From Macrostomum lignano (Eukaryota), in the NCBI GenBank assembly GCA_002269645.1, contig NIVC01001389.1:62001-126000 (forward strand): 64,000 nucleotides of DNA, read 5' to 3'. A program made the position numbers and the translations under genes. Shown one piece after another: positions 35,720 through 47,364 of this stretch (its first letter is position 1; the number at the start of each line of letters is the position of its first letter). A model generated the notes under the pieces. The model saw only the letters and a list, made by a program, of their open reading frames with translations, made no database searches and was not told the DNA's origin.

Positions 35720-36582
35720 CAGTGTTGGGCACCGTTAATGAAAATCTTAACTTCTGTTAATAGCAAAAGCGTTAGCATTAAAACAAAAAATCTTAACTTT
35801 TTAACTCCTAATTTCGTTAAGTTAACTGAAAGTTAACTGATAATCGTTAATAAGCGTTAATCCGTTAAAGTTAACACAGAAAATACGGAAATCTTGCACG
35901 TTTTTTCCAAAACAGACTTCGTATTGAACGTCTTTGCTATTCCATCTTTTTAGCGAAACACAGAGGTCATCAAAGCAATTTGAAAGCTAAAAGAGTAATA
36001 AATAATCATTTTAAAAACTTGCATGCATAATACTACTAAAAGTAAAGCATATGGTAAAAAAAGTAACTTATTTTATTTGAAACTTAAAAGCTAATAGCGA
36101 GAAATTCATAATTAAATACGCATAGGAAGGTTGTTTCAGTAACCATTAGCAGGCGCAGCAGAAAGTTTCGAAAGATAGGGACAGAAGTGAATCAAAGCGA
36201 TCGATGCTCACGCGCAAGAAATGAAGTTTCACACTATTTTAATTCATTATTTTAAAGTTTATTTGTAAGAAGTTGTTAATTACAACTTAAGTCTGTATGA
36301 TCATCGTCATAAATAAAGAGATTATATTTAGGCATATAGGTAGCTCAAATACGTTCGTAATGTTTAAACTTCTTGTAAGACTTCTATTTTTCGTTCCTTC
36401 TTTGCGTCTTTGGTCATTGACATAGACACTACCATTAACGATGAATTTATCGTTAATTCACAAAATTTTTAACGCAAATTCGTTAATCCGTTAGTTCAAA
36501 AAATCTTAACGACAGTCCGTTAACGTTAATGAAAAATCTTAACGCTTATTAACGCTTATTAACGGACTGGTGCCCAACACTG
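35720..36582. mobile_element. Non-autonomous hAT-type DNA transposon (MITE), 863 bp
   Basis: 14-bp TIRs CAGTGTTGGGCACC / GGTGCCCAACACTG; perfect 8-bp TSD CAGCATAT (35712-35719 and 36583-36590); many subterminal GTTAA/TTAAC motifs; no ORF. Confidence 0.92.
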
Positions 36583-39542
36583 CAGCATATCTAGCCTAGG
36601 CCTAATTTCTAGCCTAAGTAATGCCAACTAATGATGGCATTTTCTATCCTTCTCCTTTATCCTTTAAGGGAATCTTTCTCTCAGTCTTGGGTAGGCCTAT
36701 TGGCTGGTTAAATTAAAACCAGCCGATATTCTATTCTTGTTTTCTATTTATTTTTGCATGCCTCATTTGCTTTTCATGTTTCTAGAGTATAAAGGCTGTT
36801 TTGTTGTTCTTGATTACTTGAGCAAGTAGTGAGTTGGCAAGTTGATTTTCTTGGCCCTTTTAGCCTTCTATCTATACTATTAAAATGTGATAATAACAAA
36901 TATTATTTGTTAAATATTTTTACAATTTATTATAGCTAGGCCTAACCAAAATAGAAAAATGTTTTATATAAATCTAAATGAAGTTTTTCTAAGAAATAGG
37001 CCCTATTATAAGAAGTTAACCCATAATATAGAAGGTGGGCTTTATACAAAAAAATTCTGGCATATTTTTGCTCTTGCTGACAATCTTGGTATACACTTGG
37101 CGTATAGAATTTTCAGGTTCAATATGAAGTATACATAGTTAGCATATATAAAAATGGCAATGTCAGGGCTAATGTAATTGTGTTATTAAATTTCAACCAA
37201 AAAAGCTCTTTAAAAACTAATTAGAAACTATAATAAAAAATATTAACAAAATTTATAAGAAAAACAAAATTGAAACAAAGAATATCTGTTTTTAGCAAAA
37301 TACTGCCATGGTATATGTTCTGTCATAGAACACCTTCTACTTGTCTTCCCTGCAACTAAAACTGTTACAGTGGTCTTTTACTGTTCACTGGGAATCACCA
37401 AAACTGTTACAGGGGTTTTTTACTATTCACTGGGAATCACCAAAACTATACTAAGGGTTGGAAAATTAAATCGGGACTGGGGGATTTGGGAGGAATTGTT
37501 TGGAATAGCCTATTGAAAGGAGTATTCCTGGAGCATGGGTGTGTTCAAGTGGCAAGACACAATTTCCTTCTCAATCTGGGAAATATAGATGGGAGAAGGG
37601 AATTAAAGGCTTTGCAGTAGATCAGAGTTGCCTAGGAAAGTGCACTAATGGGGAATTTCTAAACACTAATAGGGAATGCTGGCTCAAGTAGACTGACCAT
37701 CTAATATAGAATATGGTAAGAAGGCAATCCACCTAATGAATATGGGAGATTTCTACTAGGAAGGGTCAAGAGCGGGGATGTTAGGGCAGACTATACATCT
37801 GAGGGAATAAGGCTGTACACCTGAGCAGACAGACTGTCCACTAAAAGGGGGGAGGGGCAAAAGAGGTGGGCACCAGTTCTGCTGGGAAAGGGGGGAGGCA
37901 ATCACTCGGGGTAGGACTGAACATCCCAGGGAGTGGGGAATGGGGGGAAAGGAAGTGTTGAACACTTCTAGCTATACAAGCCTCACAAGAGAGGGAAGGC
38001 GGAGTGCCTTTAAATGACTAAGACAAGTCTATTTTTAGAACAATGTTTGGGTACAACCACAAAGAAAAGCCTTAATTATAGCCAGGCTGGCGAAGGAGGG
38101 AATATTCTCCTTCTCAATTTATTCTCTCGCTTATATATAAAACATAATCAATATGGCGTACGCATTTAAACTAATAAAAACGCTAGATTATATTGTAGGC
38201 TGCTAATCAATACTAAAATTTACTATTAATGGTATAAAATATTTATTTATGCAGGCACAGAGATGTTTTTAGCAATTTAGAAAAATAGTCATATTTAGTG
38301 TACGTAAAAATGATAGGCAAAATAGTGTCTCTTACAGTTCTTTAAAAAAATGGTATACAAGCAACTCTGGGCTTAGTGTAATTTTTTTTAATTTTACATT
38401 GAAAGAGATGAGAGAGCAAAGACAAGAGAGAAGAGAGGTTGGGAAGAGACAAGAAAAAAGGGGAGAAAGAAGAGAAGAGAGATGATAGGGGAGACAAAAG
38501 ATAAGAGAAAAAAAAGGAAACAGAAGAGAAGATAGAAGTTTCGAAAGATCTAAGAAACATAAGAGAGGCAGAGGTCAAAGTTTTCCAATACATGTTTTAG
38601 ATAGACATTGCCTGATATTCTATGCAGCAGCCAACAAGATCAATGCTTGCAAGTTTTAATGTTTAATGTTTTTAATGTTTAGTGTTTAATTAATGTTTTT
38701 CAAACATTAGTGTTAGTGTAAAATTAAAAACACATGAGTTTTCATTCTGGTATATGCCTGCCATGATCTGGACTATGGAAGTAAACAAATATTTATGAAG
38801 TCTACTACTATATTAATATAATAAAAAAGCTAATTATTATTGTAAAAAGATATTGCCTTATTATTCATTTCAATCTTTATCATAAAGTCATAGCCTCATA
38901 CTCATAGGTAAATTATGGCATAGACATTAGACATAGACAAATAGACATTATTACTAAACATAATAATTTAGTTAAAATGGGAATGTAACTTATCTTACAT
39001 CTAACAAATAAAAAAAAGAAATACCAGTAGAAGTATATATAGCCCCCCCTATTAAAATTTTATTTGTTGCCAATGCATTTTGTTTATCATAGACATTGTC
39101 AGTCTCAATTCAATCCAAATGATATTAACACACCAGTATATTTAAGAAAACAAGTTTTAGGCCTATTTATAGCCCAAAAACAGGTCAAAACAGTTTTAAA
39201 ACAAGTATAAATATAAAATTGAAGGAGAGAATGAATAGACATGGCACTGATCATAGTAATCTGAGCTTATGCTCTATTTAGATGAGTCTACATGCAATGA
39301 TCAGCAAGTGTAGGGGCTAATGGACACCCTATAGCAATGCCATCAATTTGGCAATAGCATAGCATTCGTGCAGCACTAGTAGACTACTTTAAATAGAGCA
39401 CTGCAGCTTATTTCAACCTTCAACTGCAGCCACGGCAGTCGGCAAAATGCCTTCACCTCCATCTGGTGTTTCGCTGCTCTTCTCAACCTCGCAGCCCGCG
39501 GCCTCCCTGCCAATGTCCCCGGAGGTGGCGGCGGCCGCTGCC

Positions 39543-40937
39543 ATGGCAATCGGCATGCGCGCATCGGCGGCTGCCCTGCAGTTGCTGCTGCTGCTGCTCG
39601 CAGCTGACCTGGCGTCCCGCTGGTCCCAGCAGGTGGCCGCCGCCTCGGCTGCTCCCTCCGGCCTCGGCCGGGACTACATGCTGCGCACCTGCGGCCAGAC
39701 CCTGTCTCTAGAGGGCCTCGACTGGGCCAGCGTCACCTGGGAGCCGCCGGTCAGCCAGTGCGGCCTCACCGTCCTGCCCGGAGCCGCCCGCCGCGTGCTA
39801 GCCTGGCGGCGAACCCTGGGCCACCCCAGCCCCGCCTCCGCCTGCTACATCGACCTGTACCGGTGGCTGTGCCTGCCCAAGCAGCCGCACTGCAACACCC
39901 TCGTGGTGGCCACCGGCAGGCACGAGAGCGGCGCCCTGCTGGAGCCGCCGCCAGCCAGCAATCCAGCAGGCCTGTCGCTGGGCGAGACTGACTTTCTGCA
40001 GGTGGTGACAGGCTTGGCTGTGTGTCCCTGTTTTTAGTGCCCTGGGAGATTTGAGAGAGTGGAAAACAGTTAATAAGACCCAATCTGCGTTGTAAGGGAA
40101 CGCTTTGTTATTGGGTCTTTGTCTTTGTCTCCAAGTTTCCAATTGAATTAAGACGCATTTTGTCCATCCTAGTGGACACAAAGCTTCCAATTAAGACACA
40201 TTTTGTCCATCCTAGTGGATACAAAGCTTCCAATTAAGACACATTTTGTCCATCCTAGTGGACACAAAGCCCCCCCCCCGCACCACCCGAACCCGCAGCT
40301 GCTGTACTGTGGCACCGGCGGCACCGTGCTGTACCTGCAGCTGGACAGCCAGAAAGACTCTGGCAACCCGACCGACACCGCCGGCTCCAGCAGCAACTCT
40401 GTACTGCTCGGCGTCATCCTGCCCACTCTCCTAGTTGCCATGGCAACTGCCACGGCCGTTGTCTTCATCGGAGTCTGCGCCAGGCGGCGCCGATTGAAAC
40501 GGCGCCAAATTCGGCGCCGCCATCGCTCGGAGCCGCCGCCAAGCTACGCGGACTGCGTGACGGCCAGCGCCGCCGCTGCCCAGCCAGAGCAGTGGAAGCT
40601 GGGCTCCAGGCTCTCGGCCGAGCAGCTTCATCGCTCCTGGCTTCAACAGCAGCCGCCGCCCCCGCCTTACGAGCTCGCCGTGGCCACCATCAGCCTCGGC
40701 CGCATGGCCATTGTCGAGTCCTCAGATTATCCCTGCTCGTTGGAGCACCAGGAGTCCCAGGACGCTAGCAACCGTTGCCATGACAACCCGGCGTTCGACG
40801 CCGGCGATGGCGACCAGCTGGGCGAGTCGGACAGCGTCAGGATGGCGGTGGGTCGCGGCATGCGTGCTCAGTATTCCAGGAATTCCAGGAGCATCTCGCA
40901 GGGACCGCAGCGCGGCTGCCGGGTCACCCAGGTCTGA
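39543..40937 (+). CDS. Type I membrane protein with CUB-like ectodomain, two PY motifs and a C-terminal PDZ-binding motif
   Basis: Exon 39543-40001 (signal LQLLLLLLAA; TCGQTL..SQCGLTV) and exon 40299-40937 (TM VLLGVILPTLLVAMATATAVVFIGVC, basic stop-transfer, PPPSY, PPPPPY, DNPAF, ends VTQV*). Phase 0 junction. Confidence 0.8.
40130..40268. repeat. About 3 copies of a ~43-bp intronic repeat (GACACATTTTGTCCATCCTAGTGGACACAAAGCTTCCAATTAA)
   Basis: Direct inspection. Confidence 0.85.
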
Positions 40938-43179
40938 GCAGGAGGCTTCGAATCATGGACCCTTGGAATCTGCCTGGACTGGACTGGGGGCTTTCTGTAA
41001 TGAATTTAGAAATATCATGACATGGTTCCGGGGTTCGATTCCGCTCGCTTTTGCACCCTGTCTGAGTGCGTCCTAGGTTCGATTCTGCAAGCTTTTGGAC
41101 CCTGTCTGAGTGCGTCCTAGGTTCGATTCCACTAGCTTTTGGACCCTGTTTGAGTGCGTCCCAGGTTCAATTCGGCGTGGTTTCCTTGCCCTTCCGCTTT
41201 GCTTGTATTTCGGCTCCCTTCCCAGTCCAGTCCAGGGAAGCTCTCCAGAGGTCCGCGATTCCAATTGGTTTATTTGATTAACAGTGTAAAACAGATGTAG
41301 CTAGCTATTTTTTGTCTATAAGTAGAGTATTGCGCGTTTTCTGTTTTTTCGCTCTTGATATTTAGCAGATTCATCAGTATGGATTAAACGGTTTCACTGA
41401 CCTTGTCAACAGCTCTCGCGAGTCTCGTTTTTTGTTATTGATTTTCAATCAGACAGCGCTGTCATTATAAATACAATTTAATAATAAACGCGTTGCATTT
41501 TCAAGTCTATTACAGTTTCACTCGGCACCTGTTGTAACTGCCTCATCAAACAGCCTGCGGTGTTTTCGAGATTTTGTTGCTTAATTCAACAGAAGCTCGA
41601 GTGCTGCGCCTTTCCTTCGCTCCCGGTCTCAGCTGGTTGTCGGTTTCCTGAGCTTTCAAAGATAATGAAAGACGCCTGAAAGAGGTGCCAAGAACCGATT
41701 TGGATCGCTCTGCTTCGATGCTTTTATCGATTAATCAGATTAGTTTGAGTCGCAACTCCTTGGCTTTCGGTTTGTTTCCGAGACACCTGGTCCCAATTGC
41801 AGACAGAATTGTGGCCTCACTGCCTTGTCCTGTTAGTGGCAATGTGAATCTGCCACTTGTCTGCATAGAGAATCTGCCACTAATACTCAGCAACAGTCAA
41901 AAGGTTCCACCCACTAAGCGAGATGATTTTTTCACTTATCGCGAGTGACGCAACTTACGGCACGCGCAAAGCTTATTGCCGCTTGGAGGTGGTTTGGGTC
42001 TGCTTAATGGTCCAGGATGACAACGTGCCGCCACACCAAACCGATGCTGTTAGTCAACCGAAAGAACAGCTACAGCTGCGCACTCTTTCATCTCGTTTTC
42101 ATCTCGCTTGGAGGGTGGAAATTTTGACTGTTGCTGATTATATTTACTTTGGGAATCTGGCACTTATCTACCTCGGGGAATCTGCCACCTAGCCACTTGG
42201 AATGGTTCCATAAGAAACGCCAGTTGTCATGGCACAGCAAAAAGTGCAGACATTTTTAGCGTCCTAATCTATTTCATCCCGGATGGATCTTACGCGTCTG
42301 TCTGGAGCTCTGACATCTCTCATGCTTATTAATCAACCAACAAGCGCCATTTTATCACGCAGAAGTTAGCTAAAACAATGCTGCATGTGCATGTGGCTAA
42401 TACGGTTGGTTGGGCCTTGGCCAAGCGAGTATGCAGTCGCTCCATGATCAGATCTGAGTGCCCAACCCCACCCCCATGGGACCAGCCGTTCTGAAACGTG
42501 AGGGCGAAGTAGATTAGAGAGAGAAAAGCTGCACTCAAAGAAAAGCTGTGAGGTCGGAGCTCCTCTCGCATCGACCGGCTAAGGAAGCCCCAAAACTATG
42601 AGATGCGGCAATGGTCTCGCGAGCTTTCGACGCGCAGTTATCCGGGCATTTTCTGTCTTTTTATCCCTGCATGAGTCCATCGGGCTGCTAATGAGTGACA
42701 GTGGAAGTTGGAGCAATTAGCAGGGCTACTAAATAATTCCTTTGATAACGTTTAAAAGACAAGAGCAGGTTTGACTTTGGTAGTCTGCAGCAATCAGTGC
42801 CGAACGCAAGGTCTTTGAGAAAGTAATCGAACGTTATTGGAAATGCCTAAACTTGATTGCTTTGCATCCACGAGCTCACTTAGTTCAAAAAATAATTAAA
42901 GACAAACTCGAGCTGTTCGATAGTGTGGATTCGCAGAGCCTCGGGTTGGCAAAATTTTGACCATCGAGGCGTGAAGGTGAGCCGAAACTGACCTGCGCAA
43001 CTTGTTTCACATGGCTTAGCAGTTGGGGGGGGGGGGCTATTTAGGTTGCAATGTGACAGACAGTTTCATTTTTTTCCAATTTTGCTTGAACTTTCGGTAC
43101 TTTGCTCTTAGTTACATCGACCGGTGCTGCGCAACCAGCTCGGACAGACTGGAGCCGTCGGAGGCGTCCGGCAAACTCT

Positions 43180-43677
43180 TTATCTTGAACGCTTGCCGAA
43201 CATTTCGCCGTTGAACCGCTTGCCGAACATTCCTCCATTAAAGCGTTTGCCGAACATTCCACCGTTGAACCGCTTGCCGAACATTCCTCCATTGAACCGC
43301 TTGCCGAACATTCCGCCGTTGAACCGCTTGCCGAACATTCCGCCGTTGAATCGCTTGCCGAACATTCCGCCGTTGAACCGCTTGCCGAACATTCCGCCGT
43401 TGAACCGCTTGCCGAACATTCCGCCGTTGAACCGCTTGCCGAACATTCCGCCGTTGAACCGCTTGCCGAACATTCCGCCGTTGAACCGCTTGCCGAACAT
43501 TCCGCCGTTGAACCGCTTCTCTTGGAGCCCACCATGCTCTTGGCTGTGCGAAGCCTCTCCGTCTACGGCGGCCTTGACCTCTTGCTGACCTCTGCAGCTG
43601 CCGCACGAGGCGAGCGCAGCAACGAGCAGCGCGCACAGCAGGCACTCGCTGCTGAAAACCACTCTGCACAGCCGCAT
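43180..43677 (-). CDS. Neuropeptide precursor: 11x FNGGMFamide plus 1x FNGEMFamide
   Basis: Signal peptide MRLCRVVFSSECLLCALLVAALASCGSCRG, acidic spacer, KR, then 12 x 27-nt units FNG(G/E)MF-G-KR (43189-43512), then SR*. Unit differences are almost all synonymous third-position changes. Confidence 0.9.
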   Translation of the reverse strand: MRLCRVVFSSECLLCALLVAALASCGSCRGQQEVKAAVDGEASHSQEHGGLQEKRFNGGMFGKRFNGGMFGKRFNGGMFGKRFNGGMFGKRFNGGMFGKRFNGGMFGKRFNGGMFGKRFNGGMFGKRFNGGMFGKRFNGGMFGKRFNGGMFGKRFNGEMFGKRSR

Positions 43678-45049
43678 CAGGTCTTCACTTCGCAGTGGAA
43701 AATTGGACGAAGTGCTGATGGTTGTCGGTTGGCCTCTGCTCAAATCGATTTTGAGAAATTGCGATAGAAGCGCAAAATTTCTATAGCAGCCGATGCTTTT
43801 TGTCTGCACGGATCTGTGACAGGAGAGCATCAGTAGTTGGTGCGCGCAGGCCTCTCCTGGAGACCAAGTGACTGGGCATTGGCGGTCGCGGTTCTGGCGA
43901 ATCGCGGCGCTGATGGGGCTCAGAGGCTGTGCCTATGTCTTGGCTTGGTTAATAACCGGATTAATGCTCTAATGCATATTTAATCCTTATTATATGAAGT
44001 GGCTTCAGTTTGTCGGTGTGTTTTGGTTGCATGTATGAATTGAAAAAAGGTGACACTGAAGCCACTACAAGTACGGTTTTGATGCGAGACTAACTACTCG
44101 CAAGCTTATAAGTTCGCGAATGCATTACGAAGATGTCGTACAGACTGGGATGCATGAACTGTGCACTAGCACATGAGAAACTGTAACACTAAGCAGCAGG
44201 CTGCCTGACTTACTGCTGCTGTCCTGAATCTTGGGCTAGGCCCTTATCTTTGAAGTTGAAAACAAAGAACACCTGCTTGCACCATGGGAGGAGTTCCCAC
44301 TCGGCAAAGGGAATAAAGGTGTAGCTCACCTGTGTTGCCAGGAGACGACCTGACTCTTGAATTTAGCTTTTGCAGTCCTAAAGTTTCAGTTACAAAAGCA
44401 GAGAGAATTCAAAGCTTCTCCCAGTTCCTTTCTTTTTTCCAAGGCAGACTCGCGAGCCCGCAGGCTTTGACCAGGAGAAGCCTGCAGGCGGGGAAAGCAT
44501 GTAGCCACTTGCCTTGCCTTTGGCCTATTATACAGTGAGCCGCTGTCACTCTGGAAAGCGCAACAATTTGCAGCAGTATGCTCGCGTGCACCGGCAGACT
44601 GCGGCCCAGATTATGCCTATCGCAGGGTTCAATAGTTGCTCAACTTCACGGAGCTTTTCTGAAGTTCCCAACTCGAGGTCTAAAGATACTTTTGTGTGCA
44701 TGAGAGACCAATAGATAGACACAAGCGCAGTGATGAGAAAGATATAGAGTGGGAGAAATAAAGATAATTGAGAGTTTAGGATTGAAAGGGAGAGCTCTGC
44801 TATAAACTCAGCGTCAGCGGCAATAAGTTCAATATCGCAATTCCCCCACGCACGGACAAAGTCAACACAAAATACAGGCTGAAACTGGCGCTAAGGCCAC
44901 GGTATACCATGCTTGACTTACTTTGACTTCAAGCTGCATGGCAGGAAGGCGTGGGCGCCCCGATCCGCTTATCCCTAAACGGCCGACGCGTCGCTATAGA
45001 CGGAGGGTTGACGCCGCCCAATGGGGTCTCCAGCGCCACGGTAACATAA

Positions 45050-45560
45050 GATAGTAGAGGGGGTGAGATAAGGAATAATAGAGGGAGTGAGATAAGGAAT
45101 ATTAGAGGGAGTGGCATAAGGGAGAGCAGAGGGAGTGACATAAGGGAGAGCAGAGGGAGTGACATAAGGGAGAGCAGAGGGAGTGACATAAGGGAGAGCA
45201 GAGGGAGTGACATAAGGGAAGGGAGAGGAGAGGGAGTGACATAAGGGAGAGCAGAGGGAGTGACATAAGGGAGAGCAGAGGGAGTGACATAAGGGAGAGC
45301 AGAGGGAGTGGCATAAGGGAGAGCAGAGGGAGTGACATAAGGGAGAGCAGAGGGAGTGACATAAGGGAAGGGAGAGGAGAGGGAGTGACATAAGGGAGAG
45401 CAGAGGGAGTGACATAAGGGAGAGCAGAGGGAGTGACATAAGGGAAGGGAGAGGAGAGGGAGTGACATAAGGGAGAGCAGAGGGAGTGACATAAGGGAGA
45501 GCAGAGGGAGTGACATAAGGAATAGTAGAGGGAGTGAGATAAGGGAGAGTAGAGTGTGAG
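45050..45560. repeat. 24-bp purine-rich minisatellite (AGAGGGAGTGACATAAGGGAGAGC)
   Basis: Direct inspection. Confidence 0.92.
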
Positions 45561-46641
45561 AGATAAAGACAGTAGAGGCGGAGAATGGGTGAAACCAGAG
45601 CACCAAACGAGTTTTAAGGATCAAATGAATGTTATGAATAGTTTCTATAAATTCTACCAGAATCAATAATTCTCAGAGAACCAGAAGACCCTAGTGACGC
45701 CAGACATCGCAAAGTCTCGCTGGGTTCCAAAGCAAAAAACGGAGGAAACAGACGAGAATGAAAGCAATAAAAGCAAAGTATAGAGGCAGCATGTTGCACT
45801 TAGCTTAATACCTTCTTGCATAAACATGTCATAAAGCCAGCAGTTCCACTTGTGAGCAATAAATGTAGTTCATTTTGCTTCATAATCGCAATAAGTCCGC
45901 CCGGCAACAAGTACACCACCAGATATTTCAACGCGTCAATCAAAGTTCTGATTGGAAATCCCGGCCTCAACCAGCTTGTCAAGCTGCGGGTCGACTCTGA
46001 GCACTCGGGTATGCATGAGCACGGACTCACTGTACATTGATAACCCTGTGCCCCGAGGGATGGGGTTTAAGCAGACCAGATTTCCGTCCCCATTGAACTC
46101 ATTAAAGCGGTGATAATTTTGTCAACCACTGTAGCAACCTGAGTGACCTCGCTCAAGCGAGCTCTGCTCAAAAGTATGAGTACAATAATTATAGCAGATT
46201 ATTTCTCGAGCCAGCCTGCAGCCGCTAGGAACTTGCGCGGCGCATAAAAAATCCCGAGAGCAGCGAAGAAAATCAGAAGAAATAAACAGACGCAGCCCTC
46301 CGCTGGCAGCCCCGCATCCCGGATCCGCGGTTTCCGCTCCGGCCCCCTGTGAGGCAGCGGATTGATGGCCGGCAGTCACGGGCCAGGCTGGCCGCAGAAG
46401 GGAAAGTGGAAAAAGTCTGTCGCAAAGAATCGGCCGCTGGCGCAGTGGCGGCAACTGCGGCGGGATAAAAGCGGTTAAGAAGATGCAGCGCAGAGGCTGC
46501 GTGCGCCGGCCCAGACGAACTTCATCCGCAAAGTGATCGCCACAGAATTTCGTGAGGGACTCCAATAAAAAACTCGCTTTGCAGAGACCGATAAAGCTAA
46601 GGTCACGAGTTGCACTGGTCTGACTACAGATTAATGCAAGC

Positions 46642-47127
46642 TGTGATGGATTGCTAATCTAGCCAACAATATAGCAATGAATTGGAATAGAATGGATTGC
46701 TAATCTAGCCAACACTATAGTAATGAACTGGAATAGAATGGATTGCTAATCTAGCCAACACTATAGTAATGAATTGGAATAGAATGGATTGCTAATCTAG
46801 CCAACACTATAGTAATGCATTGGAATAGAATGGATTGCTAATCTAGCCAACACTATAGTAATGAACTGGAATAGAATGGATTGCTAATCTAGCCAACACT
46901 ATAATAATGAATTGGAATAGAATGGATTGCTAATCTAGCCAACACTATAGTAATGAATTGGAATAGAATGGATTGCTAATCTAGCCAACACTATAGTAAT
47001 TAATTGGAATAGAATGGATTGCTAATCTAGCCAACACTATAGTAATGAATTGGAATAGAATGGATTGCTAATCTAGCCAACACTATAGTAATTAATTGGA
47101 ATAGAATGGATTGCTAATCTAGCCAAT
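46642..47127. repeat. 46-bp minisatellite (AATGGATTGCTAATCTAGCCAACACTATAGTAATGAATTGGAATAG)
   Basis: About 10 copies. Confidence 0.95.
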
Positions 47128-47364
47128 CTTAAACATAGGACTACTGTATAACTATATTGCTTTTGTCGATCAAAATGAGCGAAAAAGTATACTATTATTG
47201 AAACATAAAAGCGTAAAAACGTATTCTGTAGGCATTAAATATGTTTAGAATGAAACATCTTATCCTAGATAATTTTATTACCATCGCTATTTGACTTCTG
47301 CCGCAGCAGAACTAGAAAATTAAAGGTTAAAGTGCAAATCGGAGAGCTCAAATGAAGTCTGCAG

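Noticed and set aside
36600-39400. AT-rich block with purine/pyrimidine skew, possibly an old LINE
   Set aside because: No RT, endonuclease or gag motif could be read with confidence; the same applies to 17500-21500.
43041-43588. Alternative-frame ORFs over the neuropeptide repeat (SGSTAECSA; RLPNIPPLN)
   Set aside because: Only the FNGGMFGKR frame has a signal peptide, processing sites and synonymous variation.
45800-46565. GC-richer minus-strand patches that might be exons of a small gene
   Set aside because: No consistent start, splice phase or recognisable motif could be assembled.
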